Shown here: positions 1 through 11,947 of the stretch, in pieces
Position numbering within the stretch: the first letter of the stretch is position 1
Layout: each line of letters opens with the position of its first letter
Assembly: GCA_964016885.1 (NCBI GenBank)
Contig: OZ024740.1
Location: 186,620,001-186,684,000, forward strand
Reading direction: 5' to 3'
Length of the DNA: 64,000 nucleotides
DNA from: Eledone cirrhosa
Lineage: Eukaryota
Translations under genes and position numbers: made by a program
The notes under the pieces: model-generated
Told to the model about the DNA's origin: nothing
Databases searched by the model: none
What the model saw: only the letters and a program-made list of their open reading frames with translations

Positions 1-120
1 GGTAAAAGGCATTTGTTTTAGCAGGATGATTTTATCAGTATTCTGGTTTCTAACATTGGCTGCGTAATGTTATAAGTTTGGAACTGACCAATTTCTCATT
101 GATATTGATGAGCTAGTGAA

Positions 121-355
121 CATAGACACACACAACCACACATATACATCTGTACACAAACACATACACACAACACACATGTATATCTACACACACACAC
201 ATATATATATATATACATATATGCATATACATACACACAACCACACATGTATATCTATGCACACACACACACACACACACTTTTATATATATATATATAT
301 GTATGCAAGCACACATACATATACACTATTTATATATTTATCTATCTATCTATTT
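121..355. repeat. Compound (CA)n/(TA)n microsatellite
   Basis: Directly visible CA/TA dinucleotide runs; source of the spurious His/Thr/Ile/Tyr ORFs. Confidence 0.95.
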
Positions 356-949
356 ACTAACATGATGTGTGAGGCGAAAATCCCAAGATAATAGTTCTGC
401 TGAAATTTCACCAATGCAAGTCTAGACTGTGACTAAAGGAAGTAGTGCCGTATTTATTGATTTATAATTCTAAATGATGCCATTCAATCATATCAGGAAT
501 CGGCCAAGTTATGTGGTATTTCTGTCAAATGGATTAAATGGGTTTCCAATTATTTCTTCATCATTTCCATTATATCAACACTAGTTCAACCCATAACTTC
601 ACTGATTGTCTTCGATAGTTTTTAAAATAAATAAATAAAAAACAAAAACATATCTGTCTTTTGACATTCTTAATTTACTTACTGTGTATTTGTTTATAGT
701 GATCACTGACCGTGTTGAAAGAATTGGCTGCTGTTAGGACAGTTGGGGATGTGGGGTGGTGGTGGTGGGGGGGGGGGGGGGGGTTTAAATTATTTATAAA
801 GCTAATCATTATATCTAAGCTGTGATCATGGTAGAGACAATTAAATCTCTTAATCTAAAGAGGGAGATTACACAAGGTCAGCTCAACAGCCTAGAAATAT
901 TGCTGCCAAATTCTCTCAAACCATATCCTTGATTTTCTATATGTTTCTT

Positions 950-1190
950 AAAACTATGGATCTTTATCTAGAAAGTTCCACACCCAGATACAAACTTGTG
1001 CAAGGCTTTTTATGGAACCCTATCCTTTACCCCTGCATGTAAATCTCCCTTCTTCATACCACCAATGTTGTCAAACGGAAAGAGCTAATACAGTCTGGCA
1101 CCAGTGTTGATGCAGATGTTATCATCTGAGTACAAAGAGCCAGAACAGTTACTGCAAAGCATTGTGTCCAATGCTTTAACAAGGGATCAA
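950..1190 (-). mobile_element. Highly degraded CORE-type SINE (same family as 20770-21040)
   Basis: ctagaaagttcc...caaggctttttatggaa...caccaatgttgtc...tacagtctggcaccagtg resembles the better-preserved copy at 20770-20900. Confidence 0.5.
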
Positions 1191-1384
1191 CACATTAAAA
1201 TAAGGAGTTTTAGATATACAGAGAGACAAGAGGTCTACTTAACCAGGGCTGATCTGGAGCTAAACAAAAACAACTTAACTCTTTTCTTAGTATAGTAGAC
1301 AATAAACAGGTTGTTTTTGTTGTTGTTTAACTCCATTTCAGCTCTGACAGAACAAACCTTTCAGCAACATCATAATCATAATCC

Positions 1385-1630
1385 TCATCATCATCCTCAT
1401 CAATATTTAAAGTCCATTTTCCATGCTAGTATGGATTAGATGAGTTGTCCCGTTGTGAGACATGTCAGATCAGATGACAATGTCATGCTCATTCAGAACT
1501 GTTTCTGGCTTGGATTTTACAGCTGGATGTCCTTCCAAACACTAACAACATTTTCAGTATGGACTCGATGCTTTTTAATGTTACCAACATGACCACTCTA
1601 CAGGGTGGACAGTGCTTTTTGTTGTGGCAC
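1385..1630 (-). mobile_element. Degraded RTE 3'UTR / SINE-tail repeat
   Basis: (CAT)n, then tttaaagtccattttccatgctag...cagctggatgtccttcc; similar to 44765-45000. Confidence 0.6.
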
Positions 1631-3649
1631 CAAAACGATATGTGTTCAAAGATATTCCGACCTTGATCATCCTATTTTCTCACTAGTATCTACAATTATC
1701 TTATCCAATGTGTTTGTCCCTTTTTAAGGCAGTAGAATGTAATTCCAAGAAGATTTAGCTGCTTTTGATAAAATGAGTACTAATCAATACAATAACCATT
1801 ATAGGTGGTGATATAATCAAATACAGATTAAGAACCCAGTGTTCCAGTAGAGCTGCAGTTCAATGACTGAAAGCAATCAAAAGAATATATGTATACGTAA
1901 ATAAGACCGTTATTGATCCAATCAGCCCATAAACACACAGCAAACACCCTAAACAGTGCATCAGCCTGCTCTCCTGACTCCTGCTAAACCAAACCATGAC
2001 CCACCCTTCAAATTCAGCAAACTGAACACAGCGCACCCACCTTCCCAAAGTTGGCATACTGAACTAGACTGCAACAAACATCAAATGGGTAAAACAGACG
2101 TTATCAAGCTGCACCAGTCATATTACATAGTTTCTCTATGATAAAGCTAATAAGGCTTATTATCTGCAGTATATATTTCAGCATTTTGGAAGAGTCATCA
2201 CGGTTAATACTAAACAACACATGCATTAATTATAATTACTACTCATTTCTTAATTAATTAATTAATTATTTATTTTGCTTTGTCATTGATATCAAAGTAT
2301 TTCTCTATACTCCAGTACTGAACTTCAGCCAACAGGTCACTAAAGGATGATATAACAATTTGATACTAATAACAAAAATGAATACAGCAAACAAAAAAAT
2401 GCATGATTAATTATCTAATTAAATTGAGAAGCACATAATAAACAAAATATATGCATATATTACATGCAGCCAGTCACTGTTGAAAAAATAAAATTCAGAT
2501 ACATGTTGCTAAACATGTGTGTGTGTGTATGTATATATCTAAACCTTATCTCTGTGTCAGTATGCATGTATGTCTATTATGGGTATTATATATATATCCA
2601 TATGCAGTTGATGGATGAGAGAAAAGAGTACTCAATACCGAAACATTATGGCTAAATAGTGAATATTGTTTTTCTTTAGTTTCACCTGCTTGCTTAATGA
2701 CCCTGTGAGCAATCAAGTGAAACACCAGAGTAAAAAGACGCCCTATTTAGCTATAATAAATGAGTGTATCACACATATATATCTGTGTGTGTGCATCTGA
2801 AGTCATATGGCTTGGTGTTGCTTTGACTGGATGTATTTTATCATGTTATAATCTGGATGTAATTTCTCTTTCAAATCTAATAATACACATTTATATAAAA
2901 ATTGTTTGATCGAAGGCTGGTGCTGTTGATGTAACACTATAGATACAGAAGTATGTGTTGTTCTTTTCAAGCATCTCTATTTTAAAACTATAACTCAAGC
3001 AGTAGAAAATTCAGTTTATATGCATCAAGTGAATCCCTGAAAAGTTAAGGGCCAAAACACTTGCTTGAGCAGGGCTTCTTCTCTGAAGAAATTCTGTTGT
3101 CCAGCTCTCCTGAGAGTTTCTTACCACTGTTTATATGCTTCAAGTAAATCCCTCATACAACAGGAAAATCTTAGTCTCTCACCAGTTTTATTAGAACCAA
3201 TCACAAAGTAAGAGTTATGTAGCCATTTTGGATATATGTAAACAGAACTGAAGCTTCTTTCTAGTTAAAACATTATGAAAGCAGCACACAGCAGAATCAG
3301 CTTCCTTTTTAACTGGCCTAAGTTATTAGACATATCAAGTTGAATGAGAAATCAATTTGCCGTGATCTCTGTTTCACTAGTTTCCAAAAACATATGTTAT
3401 TTCCTTTTATATTTACTCAAAGCATTATCTGCTAGCAACACGTGTGACAGTGAAATGAACTAATATATATAACGCTATTTTCTGCAACATTGAATTTACA
3501 CATTTGACTTAACAAACACGAACATATGTATAAGTATTTTATACAACACATTTATATATACATTGTTTCTATTAATGTTGTATACTGAAATTTGTTAATT
3601 GTCTATGCATGGATTACTATATATTTTTAATACTTGTACTTTCACAACC

Positions 3650-5355
3650 TTTAAAAGAACATGTGCCATTTTATTATTTTGAATTATTGTACTATTTAGA
3701 CTGGTAGAAGTTTATACTTCTTCATGAATGATCTTATAGCCATGTTCAGGTTCTCTTGCATTACAAAATATTTGACCAGCAGAGAAGTGATACCTTAAAT
3801 GACAACTAGTGAAAGGCTGAAATATATGGGCATGAATGGCAAGTAACAAAAAATAGGGGAATTTTGAAGAGTATCATTGATGCAGCATATTATTTATCAA
3901 AATAAAAACTTCTGCTAAGATGTCATGGTGGGTCTAATTCTTCAGACAATTGAAGTAATTACATAGAATTACTTAATGTACTCAAAGAATGTGATTCATT
4001 CTAAAATAATCAGTTAACTACTTCAACTGTGTTTCAATGAACTTCACCAATTGTGCAAAATATCATCCAAGCAATGTTATATTTTGTTATTAACTATACA
4101 AGGACAGAGATAAGTTCAGCTTCCTTTGTTGCAATCATGTTTGAGGAAAGATCAGATAATTAAGAATCACAGCTCTCTACAATTTTGTGTTCTGTTCATA
4201 AGGTAAAATGATAAAACAAACTTTTGTTAGATTTATTGATGTTGGTGATAACCTAAACTCTGATGACTTGTTCTGATATGTTTTGATGTTGATAGAGAAT
4301 TTTTATATTCACACTAGGTTGTTTAGGCAGAATTATGGTGAAGCTAGTTTTATGAGTGTACATGTAAATGAACAGCTGAAGAAAGTGGTTAATGAATATC
4401 CGCTTGGAATTGTTATACACTGCTATATTCAGGTGTTACATCCAATCCTCCAGCAATGTCATAGTAGCATCAATGTGTGCAGTTTCTTGTTTCAAACTTT
4501 GAATGGCCTGACACTACTTTTTCCTAGAGTAAATTGCCTGTCCTATTGAAAATTGACATTTTTCTGGGCATTATGGAAACCTCTGAAGTAAAGTCACATG
4601 GATTTCTGATCTTTCTGCAACCTTTTCAGAAAATTTCGATATTTAATTTTTTTTTCTTTACTAATGTTTTGTACAATGAACTTCAAAGCAAAATGTATGA
4701 TATTCTGCACTATTGCAAGAAAATAAAGGATATGCTGCAAAAGGCAAAGAAGGCCAGAGAACATCACCCTGTGAGCTTTTGTTGAGTCCAGAAAAAATAA
4801 CAATAAAAAGACCAAAAGTATATAAGGCTTAACTTAGCAGAAAATGATGCAAAATCTCATATTCTGAATTGCATTGAATCTTTAATAGAGAGCTTATGCA
4901 TGTATATTGAATGCAGTTACATTTCCCTTTCAACTGCTTTGGCATAACATATAGGAAGGGTACACAATTTAATTTCTTTATCACTTACTAACTAAGCTAA
5001 AGGATTTCTATGATTCTCTCTTTGATTACATCCATTTGCAAAATGAACTTGTATGCATGTCTCCCATTTTCACATAAGGACATGCATGAACTATGTAAAT
5101 TGATGGTAGAAAGTAGTCTTACATTAAATTTCAAAGAACTATTTTGACTGGGTGAATTAATTCTAACTGTAGCTAGCAACACTGCTTAAGCATTTCACTT
5201 TGAAACAAATAAATACTTTCTTCTGTCCACAAGGCCAGGAACTACAATTTGATCTAAGTTTACCTGCTATTGATGTAAGTGTATTGAAGCAATTGAAGAG
5301 ATCATAGAACAGTTTGTATTTATCAAAGAATAACAGAATAAACATACAAATGAAT
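3650..5355 (+). pseudogene. Degenerate hAT-superfamily transposase (ZMYM1/DUF4371-like, with C-terminal hATC dimerisation domain)
   Basis: Frameshifted translations: HEWQVTKNRGILKSIIDAAYYLSK*KLLLRCHG (cf. HNxxVxxNRxxLxxIIDxVxFLxxQxLAFRGH); QNYGEASFMSVHVN..IVIHCYIQVLHPILQQ (cf. QxYDGASxMSG..FVHCxAHxLNLVLQ); FTNVLYNELQSKMYDI; FKELF*LGELILTVASNTA..FTLKQINTF..QGQE (hATC domain). Many stops and frameshifts. Confidence 0.85.
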
Positions 5356-5684
5356 TGAGAAAAATTATCTCATGCTTTTAACATAAAATTTATGCAAAAG
5401 ATAAATTTCATCTTTTATTTTGCAATCTATACAATTTATAGAATATCAGAATTTGACACTATTTATGCATGATAATATATATCATTTACCATTTGAAATG
5501 TATATATGTTTACTTTGAGTAAAATACTTGCTAAAGTAGTAGTTTTAGCAAAGTGCATACCCAGTGAAAATAATTACCTTACACCACAATGAATGTATAT
5601 GAGTGAGTATGTATCAGCACACACACACACATGTATATATAAATAAATATGCTTTTACTGGTTTCATTCATGTGAGTGTGGCCA

Positions 5685-6058
5685 CGCTGTGGATGTGGAA
5701 TGTCAATGTGCGTGAACGACCAAGCATAGACGAGTTGAGAAAGAAACTGGGTATAAGAGTGATAAGTTGTGGTGTGCAGGAGAGAAGGCTGAGATGGTAT
5801 GGACATGTGATGCGCATGGAGGATGAGCGCTGGGTAAAGAAGTGCCAAGAAATCCCAGTAGAAGGAAGACGCAGTAGAGGTAGACCACGAAAAACATGGG
5901 CGGAGGTGGTAAGAGCAGACTTCAGATCGCAGATGAAGAAGGAGATGAAAAAGGACCGTGACAGGTGGAGAGATGCTGTGCTGAATAAGACCCGTCCAAC
6001 CCTTGAAAGCAGGGAAAAGCAGACCGTAAAATGATGATGATGATGATGATGGTGATGA
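5685..6058 (+). mobile_element. RTE-clade LINE 3' fragment (type A tail)
   Basis: ORF 5603-6034 ends ...VQERRLRWYGHVMRMEDERWVKK..GRRSRGRPRKTW; followed by a (TGA)n tail. Confidence 0.92.
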
Positions 6059-6086
6059 TATATATATATATACCTATATATTTATA

Positions 6087-6427
6087 TCATCATCATCATC
6101 ATCATTTAACGTCCGCTTTTCCCTGCTTGCAAGGGTGGGACGGGAACTGATTCTGGCTTGATTTCTACAGCTGGATGCCCTTCCTAACACCAACCTCATT
6201 TACAGTGAGTGCTGGGTGCTTTTTTGCCGTGGCACCTCCACGACCACTTTGCAGTGGAATGATAGGGACCCCAGTCCCTATCATCTCATTTCTACAGCTG
6301 AGTAAACTGGAGCAATGTGAAATAAAATGTCTTGCTCAAGGAAACAACACATCACCCGGTCTGAGAATTGAACTCACAACCTTTCGATTGCAAGGCCAAT
6401 GCTCTAACCACTAAGCCATGTGCCTCC
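6087..6427 (-). mobile_element. tRNA-derived CORE-type SINE with RTE-derived 3' tail
   Basis: Minus strand: A box TGGCTTAGTGG, B box GAGTTCAATTC, CORE-like tgtttccttgagcaagacattttatttcacattgctccagt, and a 3' end matching the RTE tail at 5990-6050. Confidence 0.88.
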
Positions 6428-7034
6428 ATGTGCCTATATACATATATACAAAAACATATATTTTCATATATATCTATATATATATATTTATGCATATACA
6501 CATATATCTATATACATACACAGATGTATATTCCCAAGATGCAAATCAAAAATACATCCTGATACACACATATCAGTTTATGTAATGGAGAGTGCTCACA
6601 GTGTAATAAAACTTGCTATTTGTAATGCATAAAGTTCCAAAAACATGCAAAATACATATGTATGTGGAAAATAGATAGCAATACGAATATTGAAGCCAAT
6701 TATAAGTATATTATACTTCAAACCCAATGCACTGACTTTTCAGTGCATAAGTTAAACTGCATCTGCTCGTGAAACATAGAGCAAATAGCAACCACTTATT
6801 TATTTTCATCAATGAGAGAGAAAAACAGAATGAACTATGGTCCATTATATAAGACTTGTACTATTGTATAAAATCAGCTCACATCCTAAAATAAAACTTT
6901 CTTGCTCTAAAACTAAAGTTTAGCTGGTAGAGGTATGGTATGGGGTTGATGTTTTCTATCTATGTTAGTTTTACTTAAAGCAAGACACCAGTTCACTGAA
7001 TCTTCTAAATATAGATCTCATGCCATGACTCTAT

Positions 7035-7218
7035 TAATAATTGTTTCTACTTTTGGCACAAGGCCAGCAAATACCCAGTGCATTACTGGTACTTTATTTT
7101 ATCGACTCCGTAACGATGAAAGGCAAAGTTAACCTCGGCGGGATTTGAACTCTGATCATAAAGGACCGTAATTCTATGCTGCAAGCATGGTGTCCGACTC
7201 TCTACCGATACTGCCAAT
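7035..7218 (-). mobile_element. tRNA-derived Meta-domain-like SINE with (ATT)n tail
   Basis: Reverse complement of the family at 18942, 23174 and 61672: B box gagttcaaatc, central gcctttcatc...gtcgataaaataaagtaccag. Confidence 0.88.
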
Positions 7219-7879
7219 AATAATAATAAAAGTGTATTGGATTTGACACCACACAAACTAAAGTGCACAACTAGAAAATATTTTCTTTGTGCTATATAGA
7301 GATAAATGAATATTATCAAGACACAAATCAAAATATATACCTATCATAATTATTATCATTTTTATCATTTTACATTAATTTTGTTTTCCATACTGACATG
7401 AGAGAGAGTAGATTTTGTCTTTAGCTGCTGACTGTGTCCTCTAGTATCCACACCAACTTAGAAGACTAATCAATTTTTTTTTTATTGTTGTTTATATCTA
7501 ACAACATGACTGGGTATACTACATTATGCCACCTGCACAGAACAGCTTGTCCCATGTAGAAAGACTGAAGGATATCTTGTACTCTGTATTAGATTTTATT
7601 CAGATTTACTGATTTCCTAGACTGCTTTACTGTAGAGTCTCTTGCGAAGTCTCACATCTTACTTGTACATTTTTCTTTCTATTGCTGGAAGCCTATTTTA
7701 ATAACAACTACTTTACAGAGTGTACTGAGAGCAGTTTATTATGCCAATGGCACAAGAGAGATTGCCTAATGCAAGAGACATATGTCCATTCTCCTACAAA
7801 CTACAAAATTTATCCACTTCTTTGTGATGACATGATAAATCCTTTCCATCACACACAATCAAGCATTAACTGCTTCAGT

Positions 7880-8345
7880 TGTTCACTGCATAATTCTGCA
7901 TCTTCTTCAATGACTCTCTGTAATGTCTTGAGAGATCTTCCATGTTTGCATTTCACATTAGTCAGCTCCCATAGTAAAAGTTATGACCTGCAAGTTGAAG
8001 ACGCCTGACATGGATGGTATGTATAATGGGAAGGAGGTTGCTGTACAGAATTTTGTCTGTAAGACAGTTGAGAGGTTTCATCTTTAATATCCTTTTTAGC
8101 AACCATCTAAATCTTTGATGAGAGGTATTGTCACTGACCATGATTCGCAAGAATACAGTAAGATACATTCCACTGTAGCTTTGAATAATCTAACTTTAGT
8201 TTTTGTGGTTATGTTAGATTTCCATACCTTATCTAACGAGTTCACAGCAGACCATGCGTGTGCTAACCTGTTCGTTTTGTCATTTGACGAGTTGCTATAT
8301 GTGACAAGGTATTGGAAATCAACCATTTTACCCTGTACCAATTAT
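7880..8345 (-). mobile_element. RTE-clade LINE fragment (second family; thumb and C-terminus)
   Basis: DFQYL..RLAHAWSAVNSLDKVWKSNITTKTKVRLFKATVECILLYSCESW..RRLQLAGH. Confidence 0.85.
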
Positions 8346-8684
8346 ATTTGCAGTTTCTGCCCTCCTAGAAAGGTAACTTGCAATGCAGTTTTTCAGCGTC
8401 CATGTCTTACTTTTGACATTAAAGGTGGCATGGATTGGGCCGCCCTCACCTCATTACATGCCATAGATTTACACCTTAATGCTATTTGCGGTTCTTCATC
8501 TCACCACTCACCAAGTTCCTTTACAATCCTTGAGCTTGCCACTCACTGCAGTGGCTCACACACCCACACACAATCATTGTTTTACATCTATTATTTAATC
8601 TGGCATAAGCTGGAAAAGAGCATGAAATTGCGGATTTTAAATGAATAATAATTATAAAATAATAAGTATGGTGATGATGATAGG

Positions 8685-8729
8685 GATATATGTGTGTATG
8701 CACACATATGTGTGTGTATATATATATAT

Positions 8730-8793
<64 letters not shown>

Positions 8794-8794
8794 A

Positions 8795-8825
<31 letters not shown>

Positions 8826-8872
8826 TTATATATGTTATGTGTGTGTATAAGTATATATATATATATATATTA

Positions 8873-8914
<42 letters not shown>

Positions 8915-8942
8915 GTGTGTGTATATATATATATTTATATAT
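8685..8942. repeat. (TA)n microsatellite with TG interruptions
   Basis: Directly visible. Confidence 0.95.
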
Positions 8943-9299
8943 AACAAATGATAATTAAACATATTTATATGTATACACACATCTCAATGTCTATATGTTC
9001 TGTTATTGCACAAATTTCAGCCTTTTGGCTATACTATATATTATTTCCAAATCAAAAATATGTATCAGTCATATATTTTTGATAATATATTTCTAAACTT
9101 TATCTGTTATAGAGAGGCTTTGTACATTATTGATGAATTTTGCCTGTAAGGAATTGTTATATTCTAATTGTGCATGCATTTTCAAAAGGCAAAATATAAT
9201 AATGCTATATTTGAGTTTTTGCTAATATTTTCAAAAGGCAAAATATGACTTCCAATATAATTTTTAAAATGCACACTTTCTTTGTGCACATGTGTGTAT

Positions 9300-9337
<38 letters not shown>

Positions 9338-9416
9338 TGTGTTTGTGTGTGTGTGAGATAGTGTGTGTGTATTGATATTTGTGTGGGAACATCATTTTAC
9401 ATCCATTTCCATACTA

Positions 9417-9465
<49 letters not shown>

Positions 9466-9470
9466 TACAC

Positions 9471-9784
9471 GGAGGCACATGGCTTAGTGGTTAGAGCACT
9501 GGCCTTGCAATCAAAAATTCTCAGACCGGGTGATGTGTTGTTTCCTTGAGCAAGACACTTTATTTCACATTGCTCCAGTTTACTCAGCTGTAGAAATGAG
9601 ATGATAGGGGCTGGGGTCCCTATCATTCCAGTGCAAAGTGGTCGTGGAGGTGCCATGGCAAAAAAGCACTTAGCACTCACTGTAAATGAGGTTGGTGTTA
9701 GGAAGGGCATCCAGCTGTAGAAATCAAGCCAGAATCAGTTCCCGTCCCACCCTTGCGGGATGTAAAATGAAATGATGAAAATGA
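9471..9784 (+). mobile_element. CORE-type SINE, near-identical to 6087-6427, with B box deleted
   Basis: ggaggcacatggcttagtggttagagcactggccttgcaatc[deletion]aattctcagaccggg...cccgtcccacccttgc. Confidence 0.88.
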
Positions 9785-9870
9785 TATATATATATATCAT
9801 ATATATATACATATACATATATATATACATATACATATATGTATACATATATATATATATATATATACAT

Positions 9871-11032
9871 AGGAACCAGATAGGCCATAACGTACCAGAG
9901 TACTCAATATTTAGGCTAGTAGAGTGGGAAATAGAAAAAAGTATGACCCCGACGGCAGAGCTCAACCCGTTTCGACGGCTATTTCTGGACTAAATTAGAA
10001 TTTTTAGCCTGGTGAATAAATAGCCGAACTTGTCAAGGGGTACTTCCTTATATGGGAAGATTGTAGTTGTCAAGAGGATTGGTTAAAATTTGTTCTAAAC
10101 ACAAATAAGTCTATCATGGCATTTGTTGTGAGGTAGGTGTGGTTGAACTTGCCTGTAGAACAATAGGGGAGTGAGTGGAAGGTGATATGTATACAGCAGA
10201 TTCTAAGGATAGTGTATGAAGTGGAGGAGGGAGGTTACAGAATAGGTAAATCGAATGAGAGTAGGAGACAATAAAAGATAATAGAAAAAAATGAAAAAAT
10301 ATATAGTGAGAAATGAATAAAAAAAATCATAATGCTATCTTACAATTACAGGTTAATAAGTTGAGAATAAAAAAACTAGTAGAATGAGTAGTAACAAACT
10401 GAGACAAAATTAAAGGGGTTTTAACCCATCTGCTATAAGTAGTTAGTAAAACGTATTAGGCCAATTCTATCTTAAAATTACAGGGGTGGGGGAACTGATG
10501 CTACAGAGGCCCGATCGGCTGCATCGGGATAGGCGAAAGGGGAAAAGCAGACGAGGAAGAAAATAGGGGGTGGAAGGAAGTGATAGGATGAGACAGGGGG
10601 AAGAAGACAAAGAGGAAGAGAAAAGAGATACATCAATGTAAGCTAGGGTTTTCCCTAACTTATTCGGCAAGCGGGGCTTATCAGCCCTTGTCTACCCACC
10701 CGGGTCATTATGGGGTTTGAGGGCGAGGTAAGTCCTATGCAATCTGTGTTTGCATGCGGTTACCAGATCGTCTTTCTTGTTTAGCAGTTGGTCCTTCGAA
10801 AACAGCATTTGTAATGTTTCCTCCAAGCATAAGTTACACAGACAGCGTCCTCCCATGTAAGAGTTAGCTCTGGACAGTAAGCTCCAAGTGAGATTGTAGG
10901 TTATATTATTATCTTGGAGGTCCCAGATGTGGCCTGAAAGTGTAGTGGCATGTCGCTGGACCGGGTTTCAGAAAGTATGTCAGTGTTGGTAGAGCCGGAT
11001 CTTGAAGTCACACGCGGTTAATCCTATATAAG
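9871..11032 (-). mobile_element. Penelope-like element 3' relic (GIY-YIG endonuclease C-terminus plus pseudo-LTR)
   Basis: Minus strand from 11030: YIGLTACDFKIRLYQH*..HATTLSGHIWDLQDNNITYNLTWSLLSRANSY..CNLCLEE..LLNKKDDLVTACKH; hammerhead fold in the pLTR; flanked by (TA)n. Confidence 0.88.
9941..10043 (-). ncRNA. Type I hammerhead ribozyme motif (catalytic core mutated) in Penelope pLTR
   Basis: GTACCCC-TTGACAA-G..CGGCTATTT/AAATAGCCG..C-GAAA-CGG/CCG-TC-GGGG(TCA)TAC. Stems I-III and the GUC cleavage site are present; the core differs from CUGANGA at two positions. Confidence 0.75.
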
Positions 11033-11059
11033 CTAACAAAAACAATAATGAAGAGTGCA

Positions 11060-11104
<45 letters not shown>

Positions 11105-11304
11105 CTTATATTGTCCAATCCATGCCAGTATGGAAAACGGACGAAAAATGATGATGATTATATATATATAACAGAATCTCAAACCCTCCATCTCAATTTT
11201 ACTTTTGAAAATCATAAGAACTGTGAAACCGGTATAGTAACTAAAAAATATTCTTAAAAGTCTCCAGTTGCATTTTCAATTTCTTTTCCTTATATATATA
11301 TATT

Positions 11305-11339
<35 letters not shown>

Positions 11340-11340
<1 letters not shown>

Positions 11341-11947
11341 TAGCCGAATTACCCATGCCTTGCTGCGTTTCACTCATTTTTTTTGTAAGAAAATGATGAT
11401 TGTTTTTAAATCAGTGATATAATTTATGGAGAAAAACTCTGTATTTCAATATTACTCAATATAAAATGTAATGCATGAACAATTACATTATTAAATCTTA
11501 TTCTTATTTTGTTTCTTGTAAATAATTTTTTTCAAAATATCAATTCAAAACTTGATGATTTCATTTTTGTGTAAAGCATTATTTTCAAATTAGAAATTCA
11601 AAGTTCCAATACTCAAGTTATGGGCTTCCAAAATGTTCACTATAGGGGCTTTAACCCCCATTAATGTGTCTTAATATTATCGAAAATTGCCGAAATTTTG
11701 TGAATAGGCATCATATCTTATCATTTACCTATAGTTTAAATTTCATATTAATTGAAGGGAAAACATTTTCAGCGGTAGTTTGTGCCCCCGGGGAACCCTT
11801 TGATTAAAAGGAAATATACTTATCCAAGTACGCTGGGCAATGTAGTTTCAGAATATATATGGTTATGGGGGTCTATTTCCAAAACCATAGGAGGAGTTTG
11901 TGAACAAACACCCAAACAGAAACTACAACTTTATATGTATATATATA
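11340..11947 (-). mobile_element. Non-autonomous Helitron
   Basis: Minus-strand 3' end ..cgcagcaaggcatgggtaattcggCTAG|T with a degenerate subterminal GC hairpin; 5' region atataaagttgtagtttctgtttgggtgtttgttcacaaactcctcc typical of Lep1-like Helitrons; lies in (TA)n. The 5' TC is not clearly seen. Confidence 0.7.

Noticed and set aside
745-783. G-quadruplex regulatory element
   Set aside because: A simple poly-G/(GGT)n run; G4-capable but without functional context.
3016-3155. About 24-bp imperfect direct repeat (ttatatgc.tcaagt.aatccct) 115 bp apart
   Set aside because: Only two copies and no associated structure; it cannot be assigned.
6355-6427. tRNA gene (also 9471, 18942, 23174, 61672 and others)
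   Set aside because: A/B boxes are present but continue into SINE bodies; there is no complete cloverleaf or terminator, so these are SINE heads.
8115-8648. 177-aa + strand ORF (also the antisense ORFs at 25419, 29752, 33257 and 42231)
   Set aside because: Antisense shadows of LINE coding sequence.
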